The translations under genes and the position numbers were made by a program. Of a DNA stretch of 62,052 nucleotides, positions 48,801-56,727 are shown piece after piece (the stretch's first letter is position 1; each line of letters begins with the position of its first letter). Source of the DNA: Harriotta raleighana. Its lineage: Eukaryota. The stretch spans positions 1,415,961 to 1,478,012 of the forward strand of contig JBNZDD010013691.1 of assembly GCA_050575255.1 (NCBI GenBank), read 5' to 3'. Below the pieces are notes generated by a model that made no database searches, was not told the origin of the DNA, and saw nothing but the letters and a program-made list of their open reading frames with translations.

Positions 48801-51800
48801 TAATAATGTAAAAATTTAATTTCTAGCTAATGTAGACATACCACAATATTTGAAATAAACAAAGCTTGCATTGTATGAATGTAGAAACAGCAATATAGCT
48901 GACCTCTTATTGCACATTCACAAGTGCACCTAAACAGAGATCATAATAATTCTTGCATTTGATATAGCACCTTATCATGTCAGTCAAACAGTTCACAGGG
49001 TTTACTATAGTATCGATTGTAATTGTAGACAAATGTGGCAACCAATTTTCATCATAGCAATATCCCACAAAAAGGCATAAAGTGGATGAGCAATTTTATC
49101 TGGGAATTGTTGCCCAGGACACTAGAATAAACTGCCTTCTCTTTTTCAATAGTGTCGTGGGAATTTTAAGATTCACTTGAACAAGTTGACAGGGCCTTAT
49201 TTTCTCATCCAAAGGACGACAATGTAACAATCCCCCAATGTCAGGCTTGACCAGCAGCTAAAGTCTCTTACATGGGTCTGAAACCAATCCTTCTGAGTTA
49301 GAGGCAAAAGTGTGGTCCACTGAGCCAGGCTGACACTAACCAAATGAAAGGAGGAACGACTCAAACTATATTTAATGCGTCAAAATGTTCTGCACGTCTG
49401 AAATAGAGTTTGAGGATGCTTACATTTGTTTAGTGAAATCTCAGGTGTGATAAGAGAAACAAGTACAGTGAATGTGGTAATAAATATTGTGGATAAATAA
49501 TTCATCCTAACTCTGAATAACATGTGAATCAGACTGGCTCAGTTGGTAGTACTTTTGCCTCTCAGTTAGAAAGGCATTGGTTCAAGCCCTGTGTTGGGAT
49601 GTGGAACTCATATAGTCTAGGCTAACACCAATGCTGTGCTGAGGATGTGCTTCAGGTGAGAAGTTAAACTGAGGTCTGTCTGCATGTTCAAGTGGATTTT
49701 AAAAGACCCATTTAATGATACTATTCAAAAAGAGATGGGAGTTTCTCCCGATGTCCTGGCCAAGAATCATCCAGTTAAATTGGTCATTCACCTCCTGAAT
49801 GTTTGTGGGATATTTTTGGCTGTAAATTGGCTTCTGATCTGTCTACAATTAAAGTTATTACATATCACAGTGTTTACTCTGAAGTGCTTTGAGTCATTTT
49901 GGAGTTATTAGATGCTATATCAAATGCAAGGATTATTATTATGTCCACCTCACTGGGCTAGTCCAGACCTGTGGCATTTTGTTTAACCATCAACTATCCT
50001 TTCTACCCCCAATCCGTGCCATGACCCTGTCTGCCTTCCCCCACCTCCGCATTCCCCTGCTCCACCACTGCCTCTCTACTCGCTGCTGAGAACCTCATCT
50101 ATGCATTTAGCATGTCTAGGCTCTACCACACCAGCTCCCTACTCGTCAGCCTTCCCAATTCTTCCTTCCACAAGCTACATATCATTCAGAAATCTGCAGC
50201 TCGGGCCCTCTCCTGCACCAACAACTACAGTAAAATTATATTTCTAGAGCACCTTTCATGTCGGGAGGCTCCATGAGTCTATCAGCCCCACCCTCGTCTG
50301 GCTTCACTGGCTCCACTTTCCCCGGAGGATAGAGTTCAAAATCCTCGACCTTGCCTTCAACTCCTCAATGGCCTTGCTCCTTCCTCCCTATCTCTTTGAT
50401 CTACTAACTGCTTATCAACCTGTCCACTCCCTCTGCTATTCCAGGGCCCACGCTTGGACTACCCCACCATTGGAGGTCAGGCCTTCAGCCTCTCATTCTT
50501 CACCCTTTGAAACTTCATCACACAGTCCCTTTGCCTTGTTCCCTTCCTTTGCTCCATCAGGCACATTTCAAGCATATTTTTCCTCTTCAACCATGCCTTC
50601 AGGCAACTTCTCATCTTCCCTGCCCATCCCCTTTTACATGCAAATGTAATGTGTTGTTGTCATCGAGATGTCTGTAGTTTGCTTGATTTTCTACGTATAA
50701 TTTTCAGCAATTTGGCTGAAATGTTCTACCACTAGGGCTAACAAGTGATTATCGCCAGCTTGGCTGTCAGTGTAAGCTAATGAGCTGAGCAAAATAGACT
50801 GAAATGTAATGTGATGCCAAAATGAGGTGGATAAATTGTAGACTCGGAATTATATCTGGCTCCAAGAAAAGTTTTGATTGATTCCAGGATTGTTGAATTG
50901 ACCTAAACTCTAAAAAATATGTTTGCTGGAGCCAAGGGTACTCTTCGTTTCCGATTCAAAGTCACTCAGCTGGACTTCTGCCAATTTCCGTGATGTTTCA
51001 ACCTTTGAAATAAAATGCTGGCAGAGGAGCTATAATTTACAGTAAAACTAATCAAGCCTATTTAGCTTTGAAATATTGGATTCAAAATGAAATATTCCTA
51101 AATACATTCCATTCCTCATCAAGGAATGTCATTAAGATATGTTATAAAAATACCCCCTGACTTATAAATAATGGTAGCAGCAGACCTCAGGTGAGAAGCC
51201 CAAACACTATCTTGAATTCTCACGTAGCAGTGATCATCGTTTGAGTGCCTAAAGTGGTCTATCCAGTCCTGTAGCTGAGTGCTTAGAGCACTCGCCTCAC
51301 AAGTGCGAGACATGGGTTTGTTTCCCGAGAGACTGAAATCTTAGGCAAATTTCGTTACTCCACATGCCTCTGATTACTTAGCAGTAAGTAGGAACGTGGT
51401 TTAGATAAAATTGGCTGATCGCTTTTTTAGGATTAATAATTCCTTGAAAAAAAATACAAAAAAACTGGTAACTCAATTCACAACTGTTTGTGGGACACTG
51501 CTATATGCAATTGGCTGCCATGTTTTGCCCACAAAATATGCAGACAATTTACTTTACAGTACATTCTGTGAAGCACTTTGAGATGCCTAGAAGATGTGAT
51601 AATGTGATACACCAAATGTAAGGATTATTATTATTTCCTGACTTACTCAGGACAGACTGGCCTAACGCAACGTGAGCATGATAATGTCCTATGAATAAGC
51701 TTGGAAAGACCATTTTGTGTACTTGTAAAATGATTGCTGCTCAGTACCAATCAAAAGAGGTGGGTTCAAAAAACCCACAATAATAAACATTGTTCATTTC

Positions 51801-54800
51801 ACTCCATGACTGTTTGTGGGACACTGCTGTGTGCAATTGGCTGTCGTGTTTCGCCCACAAAATATACAGTCAATTGATTTTACAGTATATTCTGTGAAAC
51901 GCTTTGAGTCCTCGATAAGACGTGAAAAGCGCTATATCAAATGCAAGAATTATGATTATTATTATTATTAATATTTGAGTCAAATCAGGTCATCACCTGC
52001 CTGTTTACCCATCCTCCACTTGTGCACAGAAGATGAAAAAAGACCTACATTACTGAGAGGGATGCTTACATATAGTGCAACATTTAGAGCTATCTTGTTT
52101 TGTATTTAATTCAAAAGTTCAGAGTAATTTCATGTTTTTATCATCCTGGTTTATCAACACTTTGTGATACCCAATCAATGGGAAAGGCGCTATATAAATG
52201 CAATTTGTTGTTGTTGGTTTCCACAGAAACATGTTACAGAGACCGAGGGAGATATTACCAGGGTTCAGTGAATGTCACAGTATCTGGTATTTCCTGTCAA
52301 AAGTGGAGTGAGCAGGTTAGTGTCTATTATTGCCACCGATGTACTGTTCATATCATAGAATCATAGAATCTTATGGCACAAAAGGAGGCCATTTGGCCCA
52401 TCGAGTATGTGCTGGCTCTTTAACATGCGCAATTTAATCCCACTGCTCAGGTCTCTCTCCTCAATCTCGCAAACCCCTTCCTCTCCAAATATGTTTATTA
52501 ATTGTGTATTTGTGGAGTTCTGTAGGTTGGAGCATTCACCTTGCAAGCAAGAGACTTGGGTTTGATTACAAACAGGGCAAAATAATGGGCAAATTTCTTT
52601 ACTCCAAGTGTCTAATAACTATTCCTCAAAAAAAGTAATAAATTGATAATTTTCAATTCATCACTTTGTGGGACACTGCTGTGCATAATTGGCTGCCGTG
52701 TTTCTCCCAAAAATATAAAGTCAATTCACTTTACAGAATAGTCAGAACTGACGAAGGGTCGTGGACCCGAAATGTTGACTCACTTTCCTTTCTCCATGGA
52801 TGCGGCCTGACTTGCTGAGTTTCCCCAGAAACTTCTGTGGGTTTTTTTAACCTGTGGGATATTGTTGTGTGCTAAATGACTGCTATGTTTGCCTAAAAAA
52901 CTCAGCCACTGGATTTTATATACTGTAATCCACAAAATGTCTCAAAGCACTTCAGCACTTCACAAGATTGGCTGTAAAGGGCAGTGACTATATATATTGT
53001 CCAAATGTTGTTTTGATTTGTCATTCCTCTCCGCATTTCCACCCGACAAGGCTCCCCATTTTCATCGAAGTTTGCCAGAAATATTTCCAGAACTCACCAA
53101 CTCAGAAAACTACTGCCGTAACCCTGGTGGTGAGAGTGAGCATCCTTGGTGTTACACTATGGATCGATCCATCAGATGGGAATTCTGCAATGTCCTTCTA
53201 TGCACCAATGGTATGTGTTTTCAGCTACAGTGTGTCAGACGTACAGTAGAATTGTTCTGACTCAATGCGAGCCAAGAATAAGTGACTCGTGACTGAATTT
53301 AAAAACAAGGAAATTATGACAAATATTTATAAGGCAAAGGTTAGACCACAACTGGAATGTTGCGTGCAGTTTTAGGCCACACAAAACAGAAAGGATGTTA
53401 AAGCCATGGAGAGGGTACAGTGTGGATTCACAAGGATGATACTGGGAATGAGAGCATAAGGCTATGCAGAAAGGTTGGAGGATCACATTCACTGGAGCTG
53501 AGAAGATGTAAGTTAATAAAAAGGTTTGAGAGAATAAATGATGAGGAACATTTTGCTCTGGAAGATGATTCAAGGGGTGATTCAAGGCAGGAGGACATAA
53601 ATATAAGATTCTACCTAGGAGCATAAATCTGGAAATTGGAAGTTTTTCTCTTCCAGAATATAGAATGAATTGTTGAGGGGTCACTGATGGAGCAAAGGCA
53701 ATTGGAGAAAATTATAAATGATTTAGATAAGCACATGCAGAGGAGGAACATTGGAGGCTATGGAGGAAAAGCAATGGAGTTGGGATTAGAATAAATGGCA
53801 TTATTGGAGAAACAAACATCAAAACAAATGCTGTAAGGTAGACTTCCATGGTTCAATAGTAAGCAAGGAGTTAATCATCCACAAAAACAAAAGAAATATA
53901 GAACTACCTATATTGCCATTGATCTCCATTGGGGGCAAGTTCAAAGGCAGGAAGTGTTCCCAAAAGGGAGGGAGAAATATATGGAAGACAAATCAGCCTG
54001 ACTCACACGGGTCTGTTTCTGATTTGGTACAGAATAGAAGTAGTCCTTCAATAGTATATGGTGTGCAAAAAAGAAGTCTATAAAATCATTCTGTGTGCTT
54101 TTACAATCATTTGATCCATAACTTCATGTTGTCACTGGTGTAGACATGCAAAACGAAGAACACAATGTGAATGCTGACCTTATATGCTGCACTTTACTAC
54201 CTATAGAACCAAGGCCAATCACAGAGAAGATCTTTTGCCAACCACCTGTGAATATTTTCTGTGTTTCATAAGCACTGCACTAAATACTGAAATCACATTC
54301 TCAAATGTGCCCTTTTTTTCCCAGGGACCCCAATAATAGGTGGGAAACCAAAGGCAGGAACATCCAACACCTCAATCCTTAACTCTGCAACCTACTCTAT
54401 GACGATCATCATTTTCATTATCTCAGGCTTTGCAGTCATGGTGTTATTGATATTTGCGGTTCTAATGTGCCACAGGCGTCAGAAGGAATGGAAGAACAGG
54501 AAGAGGTGAGAGATGCCTTTGAGCTTTTATTTTCATAAAAGGAATCCAAATGGATAATGTGAATTGAATAGATTTTTGCCCCTTCTATGTTTGTCTCTGT
54601 TTGAGACATACAACTTCAGAAATGTATTGGATTGCAACTTCTGATTAATTGTAATTTCTGGTTTGTGAAATTTGCTTAATTTGTAGAACATTTTTAATGC
54701 AATTTGGTTGCTTTGTTTGCCTATAAATTGCACATTCACTGCACTTTGTAGTAAATCATGTGAAGACATGTTGAGATATCCTCCCAATTTGAAAGGCTCT

Positions 54801-55410
54801 ATATTTAATGCCAGGATCAATATTATATATTCATAGTCAAAATGTGGAGCTGTAGTCAGCAAAGCCTGAACAATGGCTTGCCTGGAAACAACAATCTCAT
54901 CGATCAAATGGTCTATTATTGTGTTGATTTTTAGGGTTCTGTTAACACTACTTGAAGAGTGAAGGGAGTTTCTCCCTGTGTCCTGCCTAACAATCTTCCA
55001 AATAAAATTTGAAAGTCATTTCATGAGGTTTGGGAGCTTTCTTATGTATAAAATAGCTGTCATGTTACAAAAAACAGTGACTACACTTAGCAATAATTGC
55101 AGTGAAGCACTTGAGATGTTCCGATGTTATAAAATATAAGTTACTATTATCTGACTTTGAATTCTTTATTTAAATACTATCATTATTAGTATTTTCACAT
55201 TTTATTTTCTACTTACAGAGGAGCTGAAACACCGACGCTAACAGCTTTTCCTTCAGAATTGTTGCTTGACAGACTTCACCCCAACCCAATGTACCAGAGA
55301 TTACCCCTACTTTTAAACGCTAAACTACTCGGCCTTGAATACCCAAGGAATAACATTGAGTATGTGCGAGACATTGGAGAGGGAGCCTTTGGAAGAGTGT
55401 TCCAAGCAAG
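761..55410 (+). CDS. MUSK: MuSK receptor tyrosine kinase, spliced CDS, 3'-partial (kinase exons continue beyond the window)
   Basis: 15 GT-AG exons join in one frame (2009 nt). Domain order SP-Ig-Ig-Ig-Fz CRD-kringle-TM-NPMY-GEGAFG is diagnostic of non-mammalian MuSK. Several exon sizes (127, 152, 128, 142, 125, 160, 7, 264, 24, 192) equal those I recall for human MUSK. Confidence 0.97.
2161..2505 (+). mobile_element. Young CR1 LINE 3' end
   Basis: [11 protein letters not shown]...[17 protein letters not shown] (CR1 ORF2 C-terminus), 3' UTR GATGGGCCGAATGGCCTCCT, (TCTATGAA)3 tail. Confidence 0.92.
3100..4392 (-). pseudogene. Decayed hAT (Charlie/SPIN/GTF2IRD2-like) transposase, interrupted by the 4151-4286 repeat
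   Basis: Minus-strand fragments resemble family motifs: [16 protein letters not shown] (~CTDGA), CCIICQE (~HCIIHQE), [16 protein letters not shown]...NNPM...[10 protein letters not shown]...FWK...CSMF; stops and frameshifts present. Confidence 0.75.
4151..4286 (-). mobile_element. Short Penelope-type repeat with decayed hammerhead motif (copy A)
   Basis: Reverse complement GTTCTGATAAAGGGTGGTGGACCCAAAACGTTGACT followed by the GCTGCCTGACCTGCTGAGTTTTCCCAG body. Confidence 0.65.
5011..5137 (+). CDS. MUSK: MUSK exon 2 (Ig1 N-half, [43 protein letters not shown])
   Basis: ttttgcag acceptor, AG|GTAAGC donor, 127 nt. Confidence 0.96.
7954..8105 (+). CDS. MUSK: MUSK exon 3 (Ig1 C-half, [50 protein letters not shown])
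   Basis: ctttcgcag acceptor, A|GTAAGT donor, 152 nt; YCC and SCGAL motifs typical of MuSK Ig1. Confidence 0.96.
8996..9347 (+). mobile_element. tRNA-derived SINE, same family
   Basis: GTAGCTCAGTGTTTAGAGCAC head and (TTA)n tail; ends about 20 nt before exon 4. Confidence 0.88.
9368..9495 (+). CDS. MUSK: MUSK exon 4 (Ig2 N-half, [43 protein letters not shown])
   Basis: ttcgtag acceptor, AAG|GTAAGA donor, 128 nt. Confidence 0.96.
11902..12043 (+). CDS. MUSK: MUSK exon 5 (Ig2 C-half, [47 protein letters not shown]); alternative start 11899
   Basis: TAGCAG tandem acceptor, G|GTAAGT donor; 142 or 145 nt. Confidence 0.93.
12842..12871 (+). CDS. MUSK: Candidate MUSK 30-nt cassette exon 5a ([10 protein letters not shown])
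   Basis: U-rich tract plus tgcag acceptor, GAG|GTATTT donor, exactly 30 nt, phase 1-1, stop-free. Confidence 0.6.
15950..16740. mobile_element. Two L2 3' fragments tail-to-tail (+ 15950-16440, - 16440-16740)
   Basis: GGGATGTCC...GGCACTATACAA..(TTG)n tail followed by its inverted counterpart. Confidence 0.8.
17750..18410 (-). mobile_element. L2-clade LINE 3' fragment
   Basis: Translates [27 protein letters not shown]...[15 protein letters not shown] (L2 ORF2 C-terminus); (TTG)n tail. Confidence 0.85.
19752..19781 (+). CDS. MUSK: Candidate MUSK 30-nt cassette exon 5b ([10 protein letters not shown])
   Basis: Branch-like CTCTAAT, pyrimidine tract, atag acceptor, AAG|GTATCC donor; 30 nt, phase 1-1; resembles the mammalian 10-aa Ig2-Ig3 insert (recalled as EESEPEQDTK). 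Confidence 0.75.
25071..25383 (+). mobile_element. tRNA-derived SINE, same family
   Basis: Same head, body and tail as 33295-33630. Confidence 0.88.
26073..26197 (+). CDS. MUSK: MUSK exon 6 (Ig3 N-half, [42 protein letters not shown])
   Basis: ttcttgtag acceptor, ACA|GTGAGT donor, 125 nt. Confidence 0.96.
26812..27095 (+). mobile_element. tRNA-derived SINE, same family
   Basis: TAGCTCAGTGGTTAGAGCAC head; shared body and tail. Confidence 0.85.
27381..27540 (+). CDS. MUSK: MUSK exon 7 (Ig3 C-half, [53 protein letters not shown])
   Basis: ctctccag acceptor, CAG|GTAGGT donor, 160 nt. Confidence 0.95.
29655..30245 (-). mobile_element. L2 LINE 3' fragment
   Basis: [15 protein letters not shown]...[14 protein letters not shown]. 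Similar pieces near 6780-7310, 11520-11780, 15300-15600, 27980-28410, 31420-32170, 41840-42245, 46110-46503, 46680-47280, 49950-50660 and 60660-61140. Confidence 0.85.
33295..33630 (-). mobile_element. tRNA-derived SINE, full length
   Basis: A box TGGCTCAGTGG, B box GTTCGAATCC, body GGGACACTGCTGTGCGCAATTGGCTGCC, tail AAATGCAAGGA(TTA)n. Confidence 0.9.
35214..35220 (+). CDS. MUSK: MUSK exon 8, 7-nt microexon AATGGAG (E-W-R)
   Basis: ctccttcccatag|AATGGAG|gtaaga; needed to convert phase 1 (exon 7 end) to phase 2 (exon 9 start). Confidence 0.92.
36060..36320. repeat. Degenerate GTGTTA(C/T)-rich tandem or low-complexity tract
   Basis: Recurrent GTGTTAC/GTGTTAT words at irregular spacing. Confidence 0.5.
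37727..38370. mobile_element. Non-autonomous hAT (Charlie-type) element
   Basis: Terminal inverted repeats CAGTAGCTTCCAAACT / AGTTTGGAAACCACTG (14/16 match); left flank GTCTAGAG fits a Charlie-type target; right TSD not seen. Confidence 0.7.
38081..38212 (-). mobile_element. Short Penelope-type repeat with hammerhead motif (copy B), 13-bp target-site duplication
   Basis: Flanked by CAATAATAATCAG at 38068-38080 and 38213-38225. Confidence 0.75.
38638..38939 (-). mobile_element. tRNA-derived SINE, same family
   Basis: Reverse-complement head and tail. Confidence 0.85.
43247..43510 (+). CDS. MUSK: MUSK exon 9 (Frizzled-like CRD part 1, [17 protein letters not shown]...PKPVCR)
   Basis: ttttcag acceptor, AG|GTAGGA donor, 264 nt, 6 of the 10 CRD cysteines. 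Confidence 0.96.
44008..44320 (+). mobile_element. tRNA-derived SINE, same family
   Basis: TAGCTCAGTGG A box, GTTCGATTC B box, (TTA)n tail. Confidence 0.88.
44511..44683 (+). CDS. MUSK: MUSK exon 10 (CRD part 2, [15 protein letters not shown]...[22 protein letters not shown])
   Basis: ttcttccag acceptor, G|GTAATT donor, 173 nt, remaining 4 CRD cysteines. Confidence 0.94.
44855..44878 (+). CDS. MUSK: MUSK exon 11, 24-nt microexon (DMKKDLIT)
   Basis: tctttcag acceptor, A|GTGAGT donor, phase 1-1; corresponds to the 8-aa juxta-CRD cassette of vertebrate MuSK. Confidence 0.9.
45271..46196 (+). repeat. Tandem duplicate of 44344-45269, including second copies of exon 10 (45438-45610) and exon 11 (45782-45805); probable assembly artefact
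   Basis: 926-bp copy at offset 927 with no difference I could see, separated by a single N at 45270. Confidence 0.9.
46541..46642 (+). mobile_element. Short Penelope-type repeat with hammerhead motif (copy C)
   Basis: CTGACGA-A-GGGT(CATGT)ACCC-GAAA-CATT at 46543-46571. Confidence 0.7.
49535..49940 (+). mobile_element. Deu-domain SINE, near full length
   Basis: tRNA-like head TGGCTCAGTTGG, Deu core GGGAGTTTCTCCCGATGTCCTGGCCAA, tail AAATGCAAGGATTATT. Other copies near 1375-1660(-), 8190-8470(-), 20600-20840(-), 22870-23270(-), 23860-24150(+), 48945-49340(-) and 54900-55150(+). Confidence 0.75.
51265..51970 (+). mobile_element. Two tRNA-derived SINE copies (about 51265-51635 full; 51765-51970 3' half)
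   Basis: Shared body and tail motifs; further copies near 6021-6206(-), 15735-15948, 30330-30630, 52520-52740 and 59410-59550. Confidence 0.8.
52227..52315 (+). CDS. MUSK: MUSK exon 12 (kringle N-part, [30 protein letters not shown])
   Basis: ttccacag acceptor, CAG|GTTAGT donor, 89 nt; kringle pattern CY...G..Y.G....T.SG..CQ.W. Confidence 0.95.
52748..52838 (+). mobile_element. Short Penelope-type repeat with hammerhead motif (copy D)
   Basis: CTGACGA-A-GGGTC(GTG)GACCC-GAAA-TGTT at 52748-52776. Confidence 0.7.
53051..53210 (+). CDS. MUSK: MUSK exon 13 (kringle C-part, [53 protein letters not shown])
   Basis: NYCRNP and PWCYT kringle signatures; AAG acceptor, G|GTATGT donor, 160 nt. Confidence 0.95.
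53280..53800 (+). mobile_element. Old CR1 LINE ORF2 C-terminal fragment
   Basis: [15 protein letters not shown] resembles CR1 YKALVRPHLEYCVQFW. Other CR1 ends near 6283-6550(-), 34830-34975(+), 40690-41150(-), 47340-47520(-) and 52353-52470(-). Confidence 0.75.
54325..54505 (+). CDS. MUSK: MUSK exon 14 (stalk and transmembrane helix, ...[39 protein letters not shown])
   Basis: tttcccag acceptor, AG|GTGAGA donor, 181 nt; hydrophobic run followed by basic stop-transfer residues. Confidence 0.94.
55219..55410 (+). CDS. MUSK: MUSK exon 15 (juxtamembrane NPMY at 55283-55294 and kinase G-loop GEGAFG)
   Basis: [52 protein letters not shown]; cttacag acceptor, AG|GTAAGG donor, 192 nt. Confidence 0.97.
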
Positions 55411-55755
55411 GTAAGGTTGTTTTCAATCTTTAGATCAGCAAAGCTCAACAGAATTCCATTATGAACATGATTACTTACACTGCACTTCCATTGATATATA
55501 CTTTGGTGATTCGAACAGTGATGCTCTGAAATACACTTTGAAATCTGAATCCATTTATCTGTAATTTCTTTCAAAAACTACCAGAAAACCACCTTCGTAG
55601 TTGAGATTGCATTCAACAATTTGCCCAAACCCCTTAGGACGGGTGAGTTTATCTCTCTGACTATACTTTCAATCAGTCAACTCTAAATTCCTGACTCCCT
55701 TTGGTAAGCACTTTGCAATAATCCATCAGCTAATAGCAGTAGATAAATACAAGTA

Positions 55756-56727
55756 CAGTTAACCCTCGTCGATCGCGGGGGTTATGTTCCTGGAAAACTG
55801 TGCACTCAACAAAATTGCGTTGGAGAAATTCACAAAGTAATGGGAAAAGTGGGGTTAGGGAAATCCAGTTGCAGGCTACCCACCTCAAGCCTCCAGCACA
55901 TCTAAGGCGGGCTACAGCTGGCTGGCCCATTCCTCGCTCCGCCCGGCTCTCCCTGCTCTTGCTGCTCCTCCCCCCTCCCCACTCTTCCTTCTCTCGTCTC
56001 TCCTACCACCCAGGAAGTAGGCAAATCAGGGCAGCCTGGGAGGGAGGCAGAGAGAAATTGGGGAGAGTGGCGGGCGGGCAGTGGGGGAGAAAACAGAGAA
56101 CCCCTCGGAGGCGGTGGGGGGCTCAGGGACATGGGGGGGAGAGAGCCGATTGGAGTGGGGGGGACTCACGGAAGTGCGGGGGAGAAAGCCGATCAGAGGG
56201 AGGTGGGGGGGACTCGCGGAAGTCCGGGGAAGAAAGCCGATCGGACGGTGGTGGGGGACGGCAGACACAGAAAGGTTACAGTGGCTTTGTTATCGCTTAT
56301 TGCTTGTTATTGCTATAATAAAGTGATAACAAAGCAGTAAAGCAATAAAAAAAGTAATACAACAACAGGGTAGATTAGTCTACATTGCTGTCTCTCTCTG
56401 TGTCTCTTGTTTACTATGCAACGCAATAAAATTCTCCAAGGCCGAAGCGTTATTCTATTTACCCAGAATGCATTGCACATGGGGCTTCGGCTTTAGTCGG
56501 GATCTACCGGCCTCGTCAAAAATGCGCATGCGCGTGGGACCAGCCAGCCGAGGAATCATCGGATTTAGTCGGGAGCTATCGGCGTCTTCACCCGTGTGCA
56601 TGCACGTGGGGCCAGCCAGTGCGTATACACAAGTTTTATGCGTGCTGCACAAAAAAATGATGCTTTTGTCTCATCGCGTATACTTGAATTCGTAATCGAT
56701 AAAGCAGCCTTTGATGAGGGTTATCTG
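55756..56727. mobile_element. Non-autonomous Tc1/mariner (Tigger/pogo-like) element with internal GC-rich repeats
   Basis: TA|CAGTTAACCCTCGTC ... GATGAGGGTTATCTG|TA inverted ends (13/15 match) with TA duplication. Confidence 0.8.

Noticed and set aside
54207-54247. Possible extra exon between the kringle and TM exons
   Set aside because: 41 nt with incompatible phase and a weak donor; exons 13 and 14 already join in frame.
761-55410. ROR1/ROR2 identity (also Ig, CRD and kringle)
   Set aside because: Three Ig domains, the LHPNPMY motif and the exon sizes identify MuSK; RORs have a single Ig domain.
56100-56260. CRISPR-like repeat array
   Set aside because: Eukaryotic minisatellite without unique spacers, inside a DNA transposon; no cas genes.
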